DNA of 64,000 nt from Leucoraja erinacea (taxonomy: Eukaryota), in NCBI RefSeq assembly GCF_028641065.1, contig NC_073391.1, positions 20,584,001 through 20,648,000 of the forward strand. The letters are read 5' to 3'. The position numbers and the translations under genes are program-made. Below, piece by piece: positions 49,695 to 62,856 of the stretch (its first letter is position 1; each line of letters starts with the position of its first letter). The notes below the pieces were generated by a model, which had not been told where the DNA came from, did no database searches, and saw nothing but the letters and a program-made list of their open reading frames with translations.

Positions 49695-49990
49695 GAAGAT
49701 AGACACAAAATACGAGAGCAACTCAGCATGTCAGGCAGCATTTCTGGAGAAAAGGAATAGGTGACATTTATGGTCAGACCCTTCTTCAGACACAGTCAGG
49801 GGAGAGGGAATCTAGAGGTATGAAAGGTACAAAGAACAGAAGCGAAATATCACTCTGTCTGAAGAAGGGTCTCCACCCGAAAAATCACCTATTCCTTTTC
49901 TCCAGAGATACAGCTTGACCCACTGAGTTACTTCAGCATTTTGTATCTATCTTCGGTGTAAACCAGCATCTGCAGTTCCTTCCTATAACA
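49695..49990. mobile_element. Penelope-derived hairpin with hammerhead-like cores in both orientations
   Basis: GACCCTTCTTCAGAC (~49777-49791) is inverted against GTCTGAAGAAGGGTCTCCACCCGAAA (~49857-49883), with long flanking inverted arms. Confidence 0.65.
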
Positions 49991-50590
49991 ACTGGACTTC
50001 TATAAAAATAATATGTTGGGAAGAAGCATATTGACGTGGTTCTGGATATAATTCCACTGTTCTGCTTCGCAGGCCGTGATAAATGTTATTTCCCTTGAGA
50101 GATCAGTAGATTAGTACCTTATATGAAGGCTGACACCTCTGATGATGCAGTATTGTATGCTTTCACGTCCTGGAGTGGGGCTTGAACTCTTGAAGTTTTT
50201 ACTTAGTTAGCTACAGCTACAAACTAAACCCCAACTAACAACTGTTTACTTTGAAAAGAAGAAACTTAGTGCATATAGAGCTTTCAAACAACATTGTTTG
50301 TACTTAATTGTATAAGATTTGTTCAAAAAAACAATACTATCTTATCAAGTTCTTACATTCTCAAAACAGAGAACTTTGAGTTGAGCTTTAAAAATAAACC
50401 AGGCACCAACAACATGCACTTTAAATTCCTGAGAGGAGCAGCTTGTGACAAGCGGGATTGTTATCACGCTGCAGCAATGTGTTTAATGTGATTGTGAAGC
50501 AGACATATGCCAGAGCTACTTTTTACTTCTCATTTTGAAATATTGTATATATGGCAACATTGAGTACCCCCTGCTGGTTGGTTTGAGTTA

Positions 50591-52660
50591 AACCCTTTTT
50601 TCACAGGGCAACTTGACGCAAGAGTTAACCAAAGTTGAACATCGTGGGAACCTCTTGCGATAACCGTACGGCATTCGTGGACCACCGTGGCGCTAACGGC
50701 AGGTACTCGTGTAACTTGGTGACTCGGGAGAAAATTCAAACAAGCTTGAATTTCTCCAAGAGTGACTTGTACACTTGTGGTTGAACATTGCAACATTGTA
50801 TGCACGTAGTGGCCAGTGCGATATCCGTACTGACTCTTGCGTGTACCGTGGGAACTCCTGCGAACGGTGAACCCGGAAGCTGGACAGAGAGGACAGAAGG
50901 CGAGTAAAAATTGTCTTCTGTGGGATTGAATTTAAAAAATAAAGATTTGCATCCGCATATGGACATCAACTTATTCATGAGTTATGTTAATGAGATTCAA
51001 GAAAATAACTATAATTTTTAAAAGGGACTTTATTGAAAGGTCCCGCATTTTTATGGTCCGTGAGAAATTTTTCACATGTACTTCTTTGAGAGATACAGCT
51101 CGGAGTCCTCGCCGACCAGCGATCGATGCCTTTCCGAAGCAGGGTCCGGAACGCTACCAATCAATGTTCTCCAGAGACCCGTGTAAAGGAGTGAACTGCA
51201 CATGCTGGTTTAAAACGAAGACAGACACAAAAAGCTGGAGTAACTCAGCGAGTCAAGCAGCATCTCTGGAGAAAAATAGGTGATGTTTCGGGACGAGACA
51301 CATCTTCAGACTCAATTCCGATTAGGATGTCTGAAGAAGGGTTCCGATTCGAATCGCCACCTATACTTTTTCTCCAGAGATGCTGCCTGACATGCTGACT
51401 TACTCCAGCTTTTTATGTTTTTCTTCCCAGATCTGACTTACCTGCTGAGTTACACCAACATTTTGTGTCCGTGTTCACTATGAACATTGAATTATTTAAT
51501 TTTAGGTAACTTACACTCTCTCTCTCTCTCTCTCTCCCCCTCCCCCCCTCCCCCATGCAGTAAATGTCGGTTAACCAGTCCAAGGTTTGCAACGCTGGTT
51601 CCCTCTTGGGATCACACTATCCCTAGCCAACAATTGGCATATCAGGGAACCAAATATAGACATAAAGTGCTGGAGTGACTCAGTGGGTCGGGCAGCATCT
51701 CTGGTGGAAAGGGTTAGGCGACATTTCGGGTCGGGACACCTCGTCAAAATACCCTGCTGAGGTCATCTGTTGTTGGCCCTGATTTGTCCCGGTCTTTTCT
51801 TTGCTTCCAGTTCCCCCCTACAATCATCCCGAAGAAGGGTCCCGACCAAAAATGGAATCTATTCCTTTTCTCCAGAGATGCTGCTTGGCCCGCTGAGTCA
51901 CTCCAGCATTTTGTGTCTAACTTGCTGATTCAGACAGTTTTTGATTTACTCTGAAACACACGTTGGAAATTTAAACTTGGGCGCAACTAACATCGTCTTA
52001 CTAAAGTGGGAACTCTTTAACTCAGCGGGCAGGCAGCAGTTAATTGTTGCTCCCTTCAGTTTCCCAGGGGGTCGGGACGGGACTGGAGTTGGGAGGGACA
52101 GGTGGGAGAGTCGAGGGAGATGAGGGGGAGACAGATGGGGGTGTCTTCATTTACTGGCGGCGGGTGTCTGTCACTGAAACAGGCAGGTGAGATTTCACAT
52201 CCACCTTGTGTGTGCCTCTCTCTCTCTCCCTCCCTCCCTCTCACACAGGCTGAGAGACTTTGCCTCTGTGAGTGTACGTCTCTTTCTCTCCCTCTCCCAC
52301 ACACAGTAAAGACCGAGTAACTGTGCTCACTCCATCTGTGTCTCCCACATACACAGTAAAACTCTGCTTTGTGTGTGTATATACCAATTCAACCAAGGGA
52401 GGATATTTATAGTGTGTGAAAAAAAAAGTGACATCATTTGTGCCACGTGATGATTTAATTACACTTGACAGTTTACAATGTCATTCAAGATTTAACGGGA
52501 AAGCTCGGGAGACGGACAAGTCACTCGCACAAATAACAGAAATGCCGAGTACCGTGGGAGCTCTTTGTCTACCCCCCGTTATATCGTGTGATATCGTGCT
52601 AGACCACGACCACTTCGCTCTGGCTACATCTTGCGTCAAGTCGCCCCGTGAAAAAGGCCT
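50591..52660. mobile_element. Non-autonomous Harbinger-like TIR element containing Penelope fragments
   Basis: TIRs CCTTTTTTCACAGGGCAACTTGACGCAAGA / TCTTGCGTCAAGTCGCCCCGTGAAAAAGG. The flanks are TTA and ATA (imperfect TSD). PLE hairpins at ~51180-51470 and ~51650-51920. Confidence 0.7.
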
Positions 52661-53409
52661 ATAAAGCTGCCACTCTAATGGTTCAATGGTTCTTTATAGT
52701 TTAATGGTTCTTTATTGTTACGTGTGCACTGCATAATTACATTCTTGCACAGGCCGCTATATTTTGATACCATTTACAAAAGAAGACGTCCAAAGTCCAG
52801 TTCACATGCTGGATGTACTAGAGCTCCCACAATTCAGGTAAGCCCTGTAGTGCCTCCTCACTCACTCTCGACCAGCTCTGCCTGTGAACCGATGTTTCGC
52901 TCCTCGCCTGACCGCCTTTGTGTCCCGGGGGCACCTCCTGCAGCTGACTGAAGGAACTGGAGTCAATACCCTGGTTCCTCCCCTCGCATCCTTCGTCGCT
53001 AGAGGGCCTCCCTACTTTGACTCTTCGGTCTTTGGGGTTAACTCGGCGATTTCCAAGTTTCCTCTGCAGGCAGCAGCCCGCCGAGTCCTTTCTTGCAGTG
53101 GCGAACCAGTCCATGATCAGCCCACTGGGTTTTCGTTCACGGCGGCTTGCGACTGCCAACTTCAAGGTCTATTTGTGCAAATTGCTTTTTCAGGGTTTTG
53201 TTCATTCAAAACAGAAATGTGAAAATCAATACGGACTATGTAAGCTCGTAATATTTGGAAAAGCTTTTTTCTTGTTTTCTTTATGCTATATGCTATCTGG
53301 ACTAGTATGCAGTCTGTTAATCTGAGGAATGGTCGGCACCTGAAACATCACTTATCCATGTACTCCAGAGATGCTGCCTGACCTGCTGTGTTACTCCAGC
53401 ACATTGTGT

Positions 53410-53690
53410 CAATAGACAATGGGTGCAGGAGTAGGCCATATGGCCCTTCAAGCCACCACCGCCATTCAATGTTATCATGGTTCTTCATCCATAATCAGTA
53501 CCCCGTTGATGCCTTCTCCCCATGTCCACTGATTCCGCTATCTTCAAGAGCCCTATCTAGCTCTCTCAAAAGTTTCCAGAGAACCGACCTCCACCGCCCT
53601 CTGAAATAGAGAATTCCACAGATTCACAACTCTCTGTGTGAAAAAGTATTTCCTCATCTCTGTTCTAAATGGCTTACCTCTTATTCTTGA
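53410..53690 (-). mobile_element. CR1 3' end
   Basis: Homologous to 12530-12830 (GGTGCAGGAGTAGGCCA..GAATTCCACAGATTCACAAC). Confidence 0.8.
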
Positions 53691-53879
53691 ACTTCAATTG
53701 TCCTTTTTTGTAAAACATCATCTGCAGTTCCTTATTTCTAGTCGAAGATCTTCTTTGTCTGTGCTTATTTTAATGAATGATGGAAATTGAAGATAATTGA
53801 AACTTTGACTATCTGCAAATGTAGCTGAGCTAATAGGTTGATATAGGGGAAACTGGATTGAAGCAGAACAAGATATCGA

Positions 53880-54682
53880 ACATAGTTGTGAACCTGGGTT
53901 TTAGGATGGACAGTGACTTTAAATTAGATCGCCAAATATGCGTGGTGGTTAAGTCCAGCTTCTTTCACCTAAGGAAGCTGGCGAAGGTGAAGCCCATTCT
54001 CGAGCGGCAGCATTTTGAGACAGTAATCCATGCCTTTATTACATCTAGGCTGGATTACTGTAACGCGCTCTATTTTGGTGTTGCTCGTTCTTCACTGGCT
54101 CGTCTCCAGTTGGTTCAAAATGCTGCTGCTCGCCTTTTAACAGGGACTCGAAAGAGGGAGCACATATCGCCAATTCTGGCCTCCCTACACTGGCTCCCGG
54201 TGCACTTTCGAGTTCATTTTAAGATACTGTTATTTGTTTTTAAATCTCTGAATGGGCTCGCCCCGCCTTACCTCTCTGAGCTGCTCCACCCATACACTCC
54301 TGCCCGGTCCCTCAGGTCAGCTGGTCAGCTGCTCCTGGAGGTACCGAGGTCTAGTCGGAGGGGATAGAGCCTTCTCTGTTGCTGCTCCGGCACTCTGGAA
54401 CACCCTGCCGTTGCACATCAGACAGGCCCCCTCACTGTCCATCTTCAAATCCAGTGTTAAACACATTTGTACTCCCTGGCTTTTGACCATGCCTGAGACG
54501 TTGCTTCTGTTTGTGGTGTTTTTGATGTTTCTTTATTTTACATGTCTTTTCCTACTATTTCTTTTGATTGTTATTTTTGGTGTGTATTAACTTTTTTGTC
54601 AATGATTAGTGATGTACAGCACTTTGTTGCAGCTATGTTTGTTTTTAAAGTGCTCTATAAATAATATTATTATTATTATTAT
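53880..54682 (+). mobile_element. L2 LINE 3' fragment
   Basis: IHAFITSRLDYCNALY, LQLVQNAAARLL, HISPILASLHWLPV, GLAPPYL and DRAFSVAAPALWN, with an (ATT)n tail. Confidence 0.9.
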
Positions 54683-54769
54683 AGGCAATTTTTCTGTGTT
54701 ATAATTGGTGGTTATCGGTGAATCTCGAACTGCGGCTAGTTTTTGCAACGCCTCCTCATTCAATATGTT

Positions 54770-56455
54770 CATAAGTTCATAATTTACCAACCCTCTGGCT
54801 AAAGAAATTCCTCGTCATCTATTTTCTAAAGATACATTATTTTATTCTGAGGCTGTGCCCTCTTCTTCCTCCTGGCTCTCTTGAATTTCAGGCACATTGC
54901 TGGTGTCGTCTGCTTTGAAGACTGACGCAAAAAACATATTCAATTCATCTGCTTTTTTTACTCTTCATTACCACTTCTCCAGTGTCTTGTACACTTTATA
55001 TATCTGAAGAAACTTATGGTATCCTCTTTTATTGACTAGCTTACCTTCATGTTTCTTTTTTTCCCCCTTTTGCTCTGTTACTGTAATTGCCTTCTGTTAG
55101 TATTTAGAAGCTTCCAAAGCCTCTAGCTTCCCACTAATCTTTACTATATTTGATGGCTTCTCTTTTACTTGTATGGTGCCTTTGACTTCGTTGTCAGCAA
55201 CGGTAACCTCATCCTCCTTTTAGAATCTTTCTTCCTCGTTGGTATGAAAAGATCCTGCTTCTTCTGAATTACTCCCAGAAACTACTGCCGTTGCTGCTCC
55301 ACCATCATTCCTGCAACAGTCCCTTTCCAATTAACATTTTGCCAGATTTCCCTCATGTCTCTGTAGTTACTTTTACTCAATAGTATTATCGACACACCTG
55401 GATTTCATTATCTCCCTCTCAAACTGCAGGTTAAATGTTATCATATTATGGTCACTATCTCCTATTACCTGCTTTACCTTAAGCTCCTTACTCAAATCCA
55501 GTTAATTACACACCAAACCAGTATTGCATTTTCCCTAGTAGGCTCGACCACAAGCTGCTCATAGGCACTCTATAAATGCCTTCTCTTGGGATCCAGTAAC
55601 AAGCTGATTTTCTCAATCTAACTGCACATTGAAATTCCCCATGACCACTGTATAATTGCCTTTCTTGCATTCCAATTGTATCTACTGATGTAATTTGCAG
55701 CCTGTCTACTGTTTGGAGGCCTATATATAATTCCCATCGGGGTCTTTTTACCCTTGCAGTTTCTTAACTCTACCCACAAGGATTCTACATCTTCTGATTC
55801 CATCTCATCCCTTACTAAGGATTGAATTTTGTTCCTTACCAGCAGAACACTCCACCTGCCTGTCCTTTCAATAAGATGTATATCCTTGGATGTTCAGCTC
55901 CAAGCTCTGATCCTCTTTCAGCCATGGCTGTGATGCCCACAACATTGTTCCTACTCATTTCTAACTGCACTATAAATTCATCCACCTTGTTGCGTATACT
56001 GCATGCATTCAAATATAACATCTGTAGTTCAGTATTCTCCACCACTCTTCTTAAATTGGTCTCCATTTTGCCTGACGTTAGACCCTTATTGTTTTCTTTA
56101 ATTTTCTGTCCTGGTGACGTCAGTAACTTCGTCCCTTTAATTTCATCCATACATTTCCAAATTTGTTGAAACCAAATTTAGTTTAAAGCTCTATTTATGG
56201 CCCTAGTTATGCCGTTTGCCAGAACCCTGGTTCCAGCAGGATTCAAGTGGAGTCCATCCCATCAGAACAGCTACCTCCATCCCCAATACAAATACCATGT
56301 CCCACAAATATCAATCCAGTTCTCCACAGAATCTTTGAGCCATGCATTCAACTCTTTAATCTTCTCGATTCTGTGCCAATTTGCTCATGGCTCGGGCAGC
56401 AATTCAGAGATTATTACCTTTTTGGCTCTGCTTTTTAATTTAGTCCCTAGCTGTG
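54770..56455 (-). mobile_element. Older CR1 LINE remnant including the endonuclease N-terminus
   Basis: LYLNACSIRNKVDEF..VVGIT and VESLWVELRNCKGKKT.MGIIYRPPNS. Confidence 0.8.
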
Positions 56456-57053
56456 TCATTGGTACCCACATTTTAGCTTGGGTCCGAACATGTACCATCT
56501 CAGAAAGATAGTCATTCCTTCAGCATCTATACAAAATCTTCATTTGTTTTGATCCTTAGATTATCAACTTCATTTTCATTTAGATCACAGTGCAATAAAG
56601 TGGAAAACTATTTTTGCAAATAGTTTCCAGGATCTTTACAATGATCACTCCTCCAAACCTCCAAAGTGGCCAGGCATGATTTGATCTTTGAATGCAGATT
56701 GAATGAAGACTATTGCGAGATGTCCTTAAATACCTTAAAACAATATATTGAAAGTTTTCAATGTTTATTTCCTCCTTACTGGAATTAGGATCTGCTTTTT
56801 TTGATTAGGATGGTAATCTAGATTACAACACGGGTACATGAACACGAGTACCTGCTGTACTGTCAGAAGTGGTATCAGCCTTTCACTGAGGTCCATTGCA
56901 ATATAATTGAAGGTCAAGAAATTCCCTTGGCCAATACATCTCCCTCAATCATTATCTGGCCATTCATCTAATTGCAATTAGTTTGATCCTGCTTCATGCA
57001 AATTAGCCATCAAATTTACTTGGATAAGGTAATTAATTCTGTGTACCATTAAA

Positions 57054-57712
57054 ATCATAGCATCATGCAACAAGGAAACAAGCCCATCGGCCTAACTCGT
57101 CCATTCTGACCAAGCAGTCCTAACCAAGCTAGTCCCATTTGTCTGCATTTGATTCATACCCGCTAAATCCTTCTGATTCATGTACCCGTCCAAGTGTCTT
57201 TTAAATGTTATTATTATGCCCGCTTCAACTAGCTCCTCTAGCAGCTCATTCCATATACTACCGCCCTCTGAGTGGAAAAGTTGCCCCTCAGTTTCCTATT
57301 AAATCTTTCCCCTATCTCTTCCTATGGCTTAGGCCCTTGAGTTATGGTAATAAGCTCGTAAATCTTCACTGCACTCTTCCCAGTTTAATGATACTGTTCC
57401 CATAGCAAGGTGACCAAAACTAAACACAATACTCCAATATGGCCTCACCAACGCATTGTACAACTGTAACATAACACCGCACTTCTATACTCAATGCCCT
57501 GAATGATGAAAAGGCAATGTACCAAAAGTATTCTTTACCACCTTATCTACTTGCAACTCAATTTTCAGGCAACTATGTACCCACATATGGTTACAAAGGT
57601 ATCTACAAAGGTATCTACTAGACCTCCCTGCTCTACAACACTCTCCAGGGGCCTACCAGTCACTGTGAAAGTCCTGGGCTGGTTAGAGTTCCCAAAATGC
57701 AATACCTCACAG
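57054..57712 (-). mobile_element. CR1 3' fragment
   Basis: CEVLHFGNSNQPRTFTVTG..VVEQ followed by a CR1 3' UTR. Confidence 0.75.
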
Positions 57713-59090
57713 GTATTACATCTCTTGGAACTGCAGGGGAAAGTACATGAGGAAAGGATGACTTGGATGGGAAACGTTGAGTGAACCAAGGAGTTGTGGA
57801 GGAAGTGGTCTCTATGGAAGGGGGAAGGGGTGGGGATGGGAAGATGTGACGGGTGGTGGGATCACGTTGGAGGTGACAGAAATGCCGGTGGCTGATATGT
57901 TGAATGTAGAGGCAGGTGGGGTAAACAATAAGAACCAAAGGATCTCTATCCAAGCTTCCCTCTGGTGGGGACGGAAAAGCGAGAGAAGAACTATGGGATA
58001 CAGAGAAGATGTGGGCAAAGAATCTATCTACGAGCTGGGGGGGAAAAAAATCACGATTTTATCACCAATGTCCTAGCATGGAAAAAACTAATCTTGGGAA
58101 CAGATGCCGCAGAGACAAAGAAATTGAGAGTAGGGGATAGCGTCTTTGCAAGAGGCAGGGAGGAATTGTAGTCCAGGTCGGTAAGTTTATAGTAGACGTC
58201 ACTCGATAGCCTGTCCTCTGTGACAGAGACCAAGAGATCAAGATAAGGGAGAGAAGTGTCACAGATAGTTCAAGTGAATATGATGACAGGGTGGAAGTTA
58301 ATGGCAAAGTCAATGAAATCAATGCGTTCTGTACAAGTTTAGGAGGTAGCTCCAATGCAGTAGTATCATGGGGGGGGTGGGGGGTGAATGCGGGATCCCA
58401 ATCTTCTCATTAAACCCACCAACAATGAAGGTGCCGTTGTAGTCTGCCAGACTAACCTTTACCATGTTATGGCCAAATGCCAGCTCTTGGACACCCCCTC
58501 ATACCTGACGCTTGCTTGATCATGACTCCACAGTCATGCACCAGGCTATCATCTCCCAGCCTGTTTCTGATCTCAACACCTTTGGCCATCCCTTGTCCAC
58601 AGCCTCCAACCTTATCATTCCCCAGCACCATACTGCCCGCTTCTATCTTCCTCCCAAAATTCACAAACAGGATTGTGAATGGCCTGGCAGACCCATTGTT
58701 TCTGCCTGTTTCTGCTTGTTTGTACCTCACAGAACTCATCTCCATAAACCTTGATTCCTTCTTACCCTCCCCTTGTCCAATGTCTTTCCATCTACATTTG
58801 GGACACCTCACACGCCCTTCAACTCTTCAGTAGCTTTCAAACTCCAGGCCACCCTTGCCTCATCTTCACCATGGACGTCCAATTTCTTTACACCTCCATC
58901 CCCCACCAGGAAGGTCTCAAGGCCCTCTGGTTCTTGCTTGCAAGAGGCTCAATCAGTTTCCTTCCACCAACACTCTCTTGTGCCTGGTGGAGCTGGTCTT
59001 CACCCTCAACAACTGCACCTTTGATTTCTTTCTCCAAGTTAAATGTGTAGCCATGGGCACTCGCATGGCCCCAGTTATGCCTGCCTTTTT
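57713..59090. mobile_element. Penelope-like element RT/EN remnant with internal inversion
   Basis: The plus strand at 58395-59090 reads IKP..GAVVV, RFYLPPKIHK..PGRPIVS, TMDVQFLYTSIPH, MGTRM. The minus strand at 58360-57713 reads DVYYKLTD, PLVL.YP, LQRDPTTRHIFP, TFPC..RCNTC. Confidence 0.85.
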
Positions 59091-59329
59091 TGTCATGTTA
59101 CACACCCAATCACATTCCCTTTGTTAAATAATAGTACAATTTGTTTTTATTTACCTTTATTAACATGGAAAATATCCCAAAGAGGGTTAATATGTCATCT
59201 GCTTTTCATCCCCAGTAACATCCAACATCTTAAAAACAACATGAGCCAGCGACAAAAAGGTTAAATGGAATAATAAAAAGTGAAGAGAAACTGCAAATGG
59301 GACTATTGTTTTTCTCGTAAGTAATTTGT

Positions 59330-59905
59330 GGTTACATGAGCTACCTGAGCCTAATTCTGTTGAACCAGTTTACCTGTATTTGGTATAATTATTGTCAGCA
59401 TAATCCACCAGTTATTCCCAATGTCTGGTCAGTTCCTACACTTAGTCAGTTGCATCATGGCAGTCAATCCAGTTTTGAACAAGTATGCTGCACTGAAAAA
59501 CAAAGAGCAGGATATTCTCCAACATTCTCCGCTGCACCAAAGGCAAGAAAAGCTAATCTTAGAACATTTAGGGTTTTTTCTGCAATTGCACAATAATTCA
59601 ACCAGTTTAGCTTCATTGTAGCTAGACTCATGTTTTCAAAAAATGAATTCTGTGTCCATTTTTAACCCTTAAGCTGTTCATGTGGAATTTAATTGTATAA
59701 TCTTGTTTCTAACGTAGTTAAATTATACTGATTGATTGTTTATGCTATTTGACATTTTTTTGTTTTGTTTCTGAAGATACAATATGAAACATGACCCATT
59801 GAGAACTTTATTTTGAACGCAGCAATTTTCAGCTTTATCAAAATAATTGTGACCTCGTTTTTGCAAAAGCATTGTCAGATTATTTAGCTGTTTGAATATA
59901 TCTGC
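59330..59905 (-). mobile_element. Ancient Charlie-type hAT transposase C-terminal relic
   Basis: ADIFKQLNNLTMLLQ..KIAAFKIK and FSAAYLFKTGLTAM..TKCRN..D...IP...KLV...AQVAH resemble Charlie/ZBED5-type C-terminal motifs. Confidence 0.6.
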
Positions 59906-60019
59906 CAGAGGTGAAATACACATAACTCGAGTTAAGGAGGCAAGGACACAAAAGGGTGGCAGACAAGGAGTGAAGAGAGATAAAATGTAAAGCCAGAGTG
60001 AGGGATGTAGGTCAAAATA

Positions 60020-61040
60020 CAAAGTGCTGGAGTAACTCAGCGGGTCAGGTCAGACAGCAATATGTGGAGGCAATGGATAGGCACAGTCCTGAACTTCCTC
60101 TATTGCCAGAGTGATGCCACATGTAAACTGGAGAAACATCACCTCATATTCCACTTTGGAAGCGTACAGCCTAACATTATGAACATTGAATTTTCCAATT
60201 TTAAGTAATATAATACCCTCCTTACCCTCTCATTTTCCTATGCCCCTTCCCATCCTGGTCTGAAGCCATTTTTCCCACTATCCCACCTCCCTTTCACCTA
60301 TATCCAGGGCCGGATTTAGACGAAGAGAGGCCCTAAGCTGTTCCACTTGTGGGGCCCCCTCCGCGTTGGTTTTCAGCGCTGGCGGCGAGGCAGCGACCGG
60401 ACAGCCATGGCGGCCAAATCTCCCACAATTCAAAGCGAGGGAGAAAGTGTCCAGCGCCGACGAGTTGCCGTTGCAGTACGCATGCGCAAGGCGGCCGATG
60501 ATGTGCTGACCATGGTTGTGCGCATGTGCAGGGGGAGGACGCACAGGCCGCAGCAATGCGCGTGTGCAAGGCGGCCTGTCGTGCCGGCGGATGAGGAGCA
60601 AGCGGAGCCCGGAGGCTCGGATACGGATAGCGGGGGGAGATGGAGAGAGGGAGATAGATAGAGAGGGGGGGCCCGCCCAGAGTTGAACGGCAGGTGTCCT
60701 GCCTTGGCCGGAGGCCCCCCTAGACATCGAGGCCCTAAGCTTAAACTTGTCTAGTTTATAGGTAAATCCGGCCCTGCCTATATCACTCCAACTAGCTTTA
60801 CATTTCACTCCTCTTCTCTCCTTATCTGACACCCTTTTGTCTTCTTTTCATTCCTAGATTTTGTCACTTACTCCATCCATCTGCCAATTAACTCCTCCCC
60901 ACATTCACACTGTCACCAATATTCATTTATCATTTTCTGGACTTGTCTCGCACCCACCTCTTTTCTCCGGCGTTCTCCCCCCAAACTATAATCAGGCTGA
61001 AGAAGGATTCCAATACGAAGCATCACCTATTTATCCCTCC
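60020..61040 (+). mobile_element. Penelope-like element 3' fragment (host of the hAT MITE)
   Basis: KLEKHHLIFHFGSVQP..MNIEFSNF (PLE ORF end), a pyrimidine-rich UTR, and CTGAAGAAGG at ~60998. Confidence 0.7.
60305..60776. mobile_element. hAT-family MITE
   Basis: 14-bp TIRs CAGGGCCGGATTTA / TAAATCCGGCCCTG. Perfect 8-bp TSD CCTATATC at 60297-60304 and 60777-60784. Confidence 0.92.
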
Positions 61041-61373
61041 ACAGTGAAGAGAGTCTGGAGAAGGATGCAAGGGTCCTTGTCACAGTTCATCTCAAACAGC
61101 TCCGTACCAGAGGACACTGATTAATGGGCTGTTCCGAAGGACACGTTGGGAAATGGGTATTAAAGGCTGCTGGAAGACCATCAACTCAGTGAAAGATGCT
61201 CTTGCGCCTGCCCCAAAACTTATTGGTCTCCCACCATGGCAAGATTTCCAAGAATGTTGTTGACTGGCTCATTCCAGACTGCAGGAGTACACATTGGGGG
61301 ACACACTTGGTGCAGCCAATGTGAAGGCTCTGTAGGGGAGGACTACCGTTTATGGTCCTTCCATCGCTGGACA

Positions 61374-61541
61374 TTGTTTATACTATTTGACATTTTATTT
61401 TTTTGTTTCTGAAGACACAATATGAAGCATGAGCCACAGATAATTTTAATTTGAACGCAGCAATTTTCAGCTTTATCAAATCAATTGTGACCTCGCTTTT
61501 GCAAAAGCATAGTCAGATAATTTAGCTGATTGCATATCTGC
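61374..61541 (-). mobile_element. Second copy of the hAT transposase relic segment
   Basis: Direct, diverged repeat of ~59736-59905 (TTGAACGCAGCAATTTTCAGCTTTATCAAA..GCAAAAGCAT). Confidence 0.65.
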
Positions 61542-62134
61542 AAAGTCCACTGGAGCCACCTCTGAAAAAGGGAAGTGATACCAATTTTACCACCCCAGGA
61601 GGCCACATGAGAGGCAAGGGGCACAGGCAAGGGGGTTCTGTTTGAGGACACTGTGTGTTTAGTCACTGAGAATATATGAAGAGTTTTTCCAATTTTCATT
61701 TTATATATTTAAAAATTCCTATTTAATAAAGTAAACTTAATAAAGTTTATTTTTGAAATAACCAAAATTCCTTTCACAGATGCTATTTGACCCGTTGAAT
61801 TAGCCCAGCACTGTGTTTGGCAAAACATGATTATTTTTAAAGTTCGCTCCTGCCTCTTTCAGGTCTTTGTGCCAGACTCTTTGAGTTGAAATCAAGACAA
61901 AGCAAAGTTTTAAGACCATAGAGTTTGGATAGCAAAATACTGCCTGTGTTATTGAAAAGGTCATGGTAGTGCACATTAAATAATTAACAGAGACAGAGAA
62001 GGTAAAGGCCTTATAGGAATTTAATTTGTCATATTCACAGTCATACAGCTTACAAATTCAAACAGGACCTTCAGCCCAACGCATCCATGCCAACTAGATA
62101 GTCTTTGTTGGTAGAAAACAACAGATGATGTTTG

Positions 62135-62395
62135 GATACAAGGAGCTGCAAATGCTGGTTTTTAAATAAAAACACAAAGTGCTGGTGTAACAGAAGATAG
62201 ACACAAAAAGCTGGAGTAAATCAGCGGGACAGGCAGCATCTCTGGAGAGAAGGAATGGGCGATGTTTCTGGTCGAGACCCTTCTTCCTACACGTGCTGGT
62301 GTAACAGTCTGAAGAAGGGTCCCGACCAGAAATGTCTCCTATCCATGTTCTCCAGGGTGTGCCTGACCCGCTGAATTACTCCAGCACTGCATGTT
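62135..62395. mobile_element. Compound Penelope-derived hairpin
   Basis: GTGCTGGTGTAACAG is duplicated (~62179 and ~62293) around a younger PLE end. GTCTGAAGAAGGGTCCCGACCAGAAA at ~62307. Confidence 0.6.
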
Positions 62396-62856
62396 TTTTT
62401 TTTAAAATGGGTGATATTTGAATGGGACTTTGTATTTTTCTTTACGAGATATTACAGTGGTCTTTTTAAGGGAAAACTTCTGAAGGTGAAAATTGTTTAT
62501 AATCATGAGCACAGTGTGGTTACTTTCAAGAACTGATGAAAATATACGAAATAATAGCACAAGAAGGACAAGTAAACAAATCCTTTTGTTCAAGGAAGAA
62601 CAAAAGAGTGACAGACAGCTCCAAACTATTGAGTTCTCTGTTAATGACACACCATTAAACCGTATTAGCAGGACTATGTTTAATTTGGTCATTCAGCCAA
62701 AGCTCCCCTGCAGCTAATTCCTTTCAGAACTATTGAATTGATGTTGCCCATAGTAACAGTGAGTTGTTGCTGTGGCTAGTTCCTATTTTGTTGCTCAGGG
62801 AGCAATGTTTTTTCAATCATGGTGATTTAGTACTTGTTCAGATAAAGGCAACTAAA

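Noticed and set aside
59336-59621. Plus-strand ORFs as host exons
   Set aside because: The opposite strand is better explained as a decayed hAT transposase C-terminus.
60278-60832. 184-aa and 104-aa GC-rich ORFs / apparent CpG island
   Set aside because: They lie within a 472-bp hAT MITE defined by TIRs and an 8-bp TSD.
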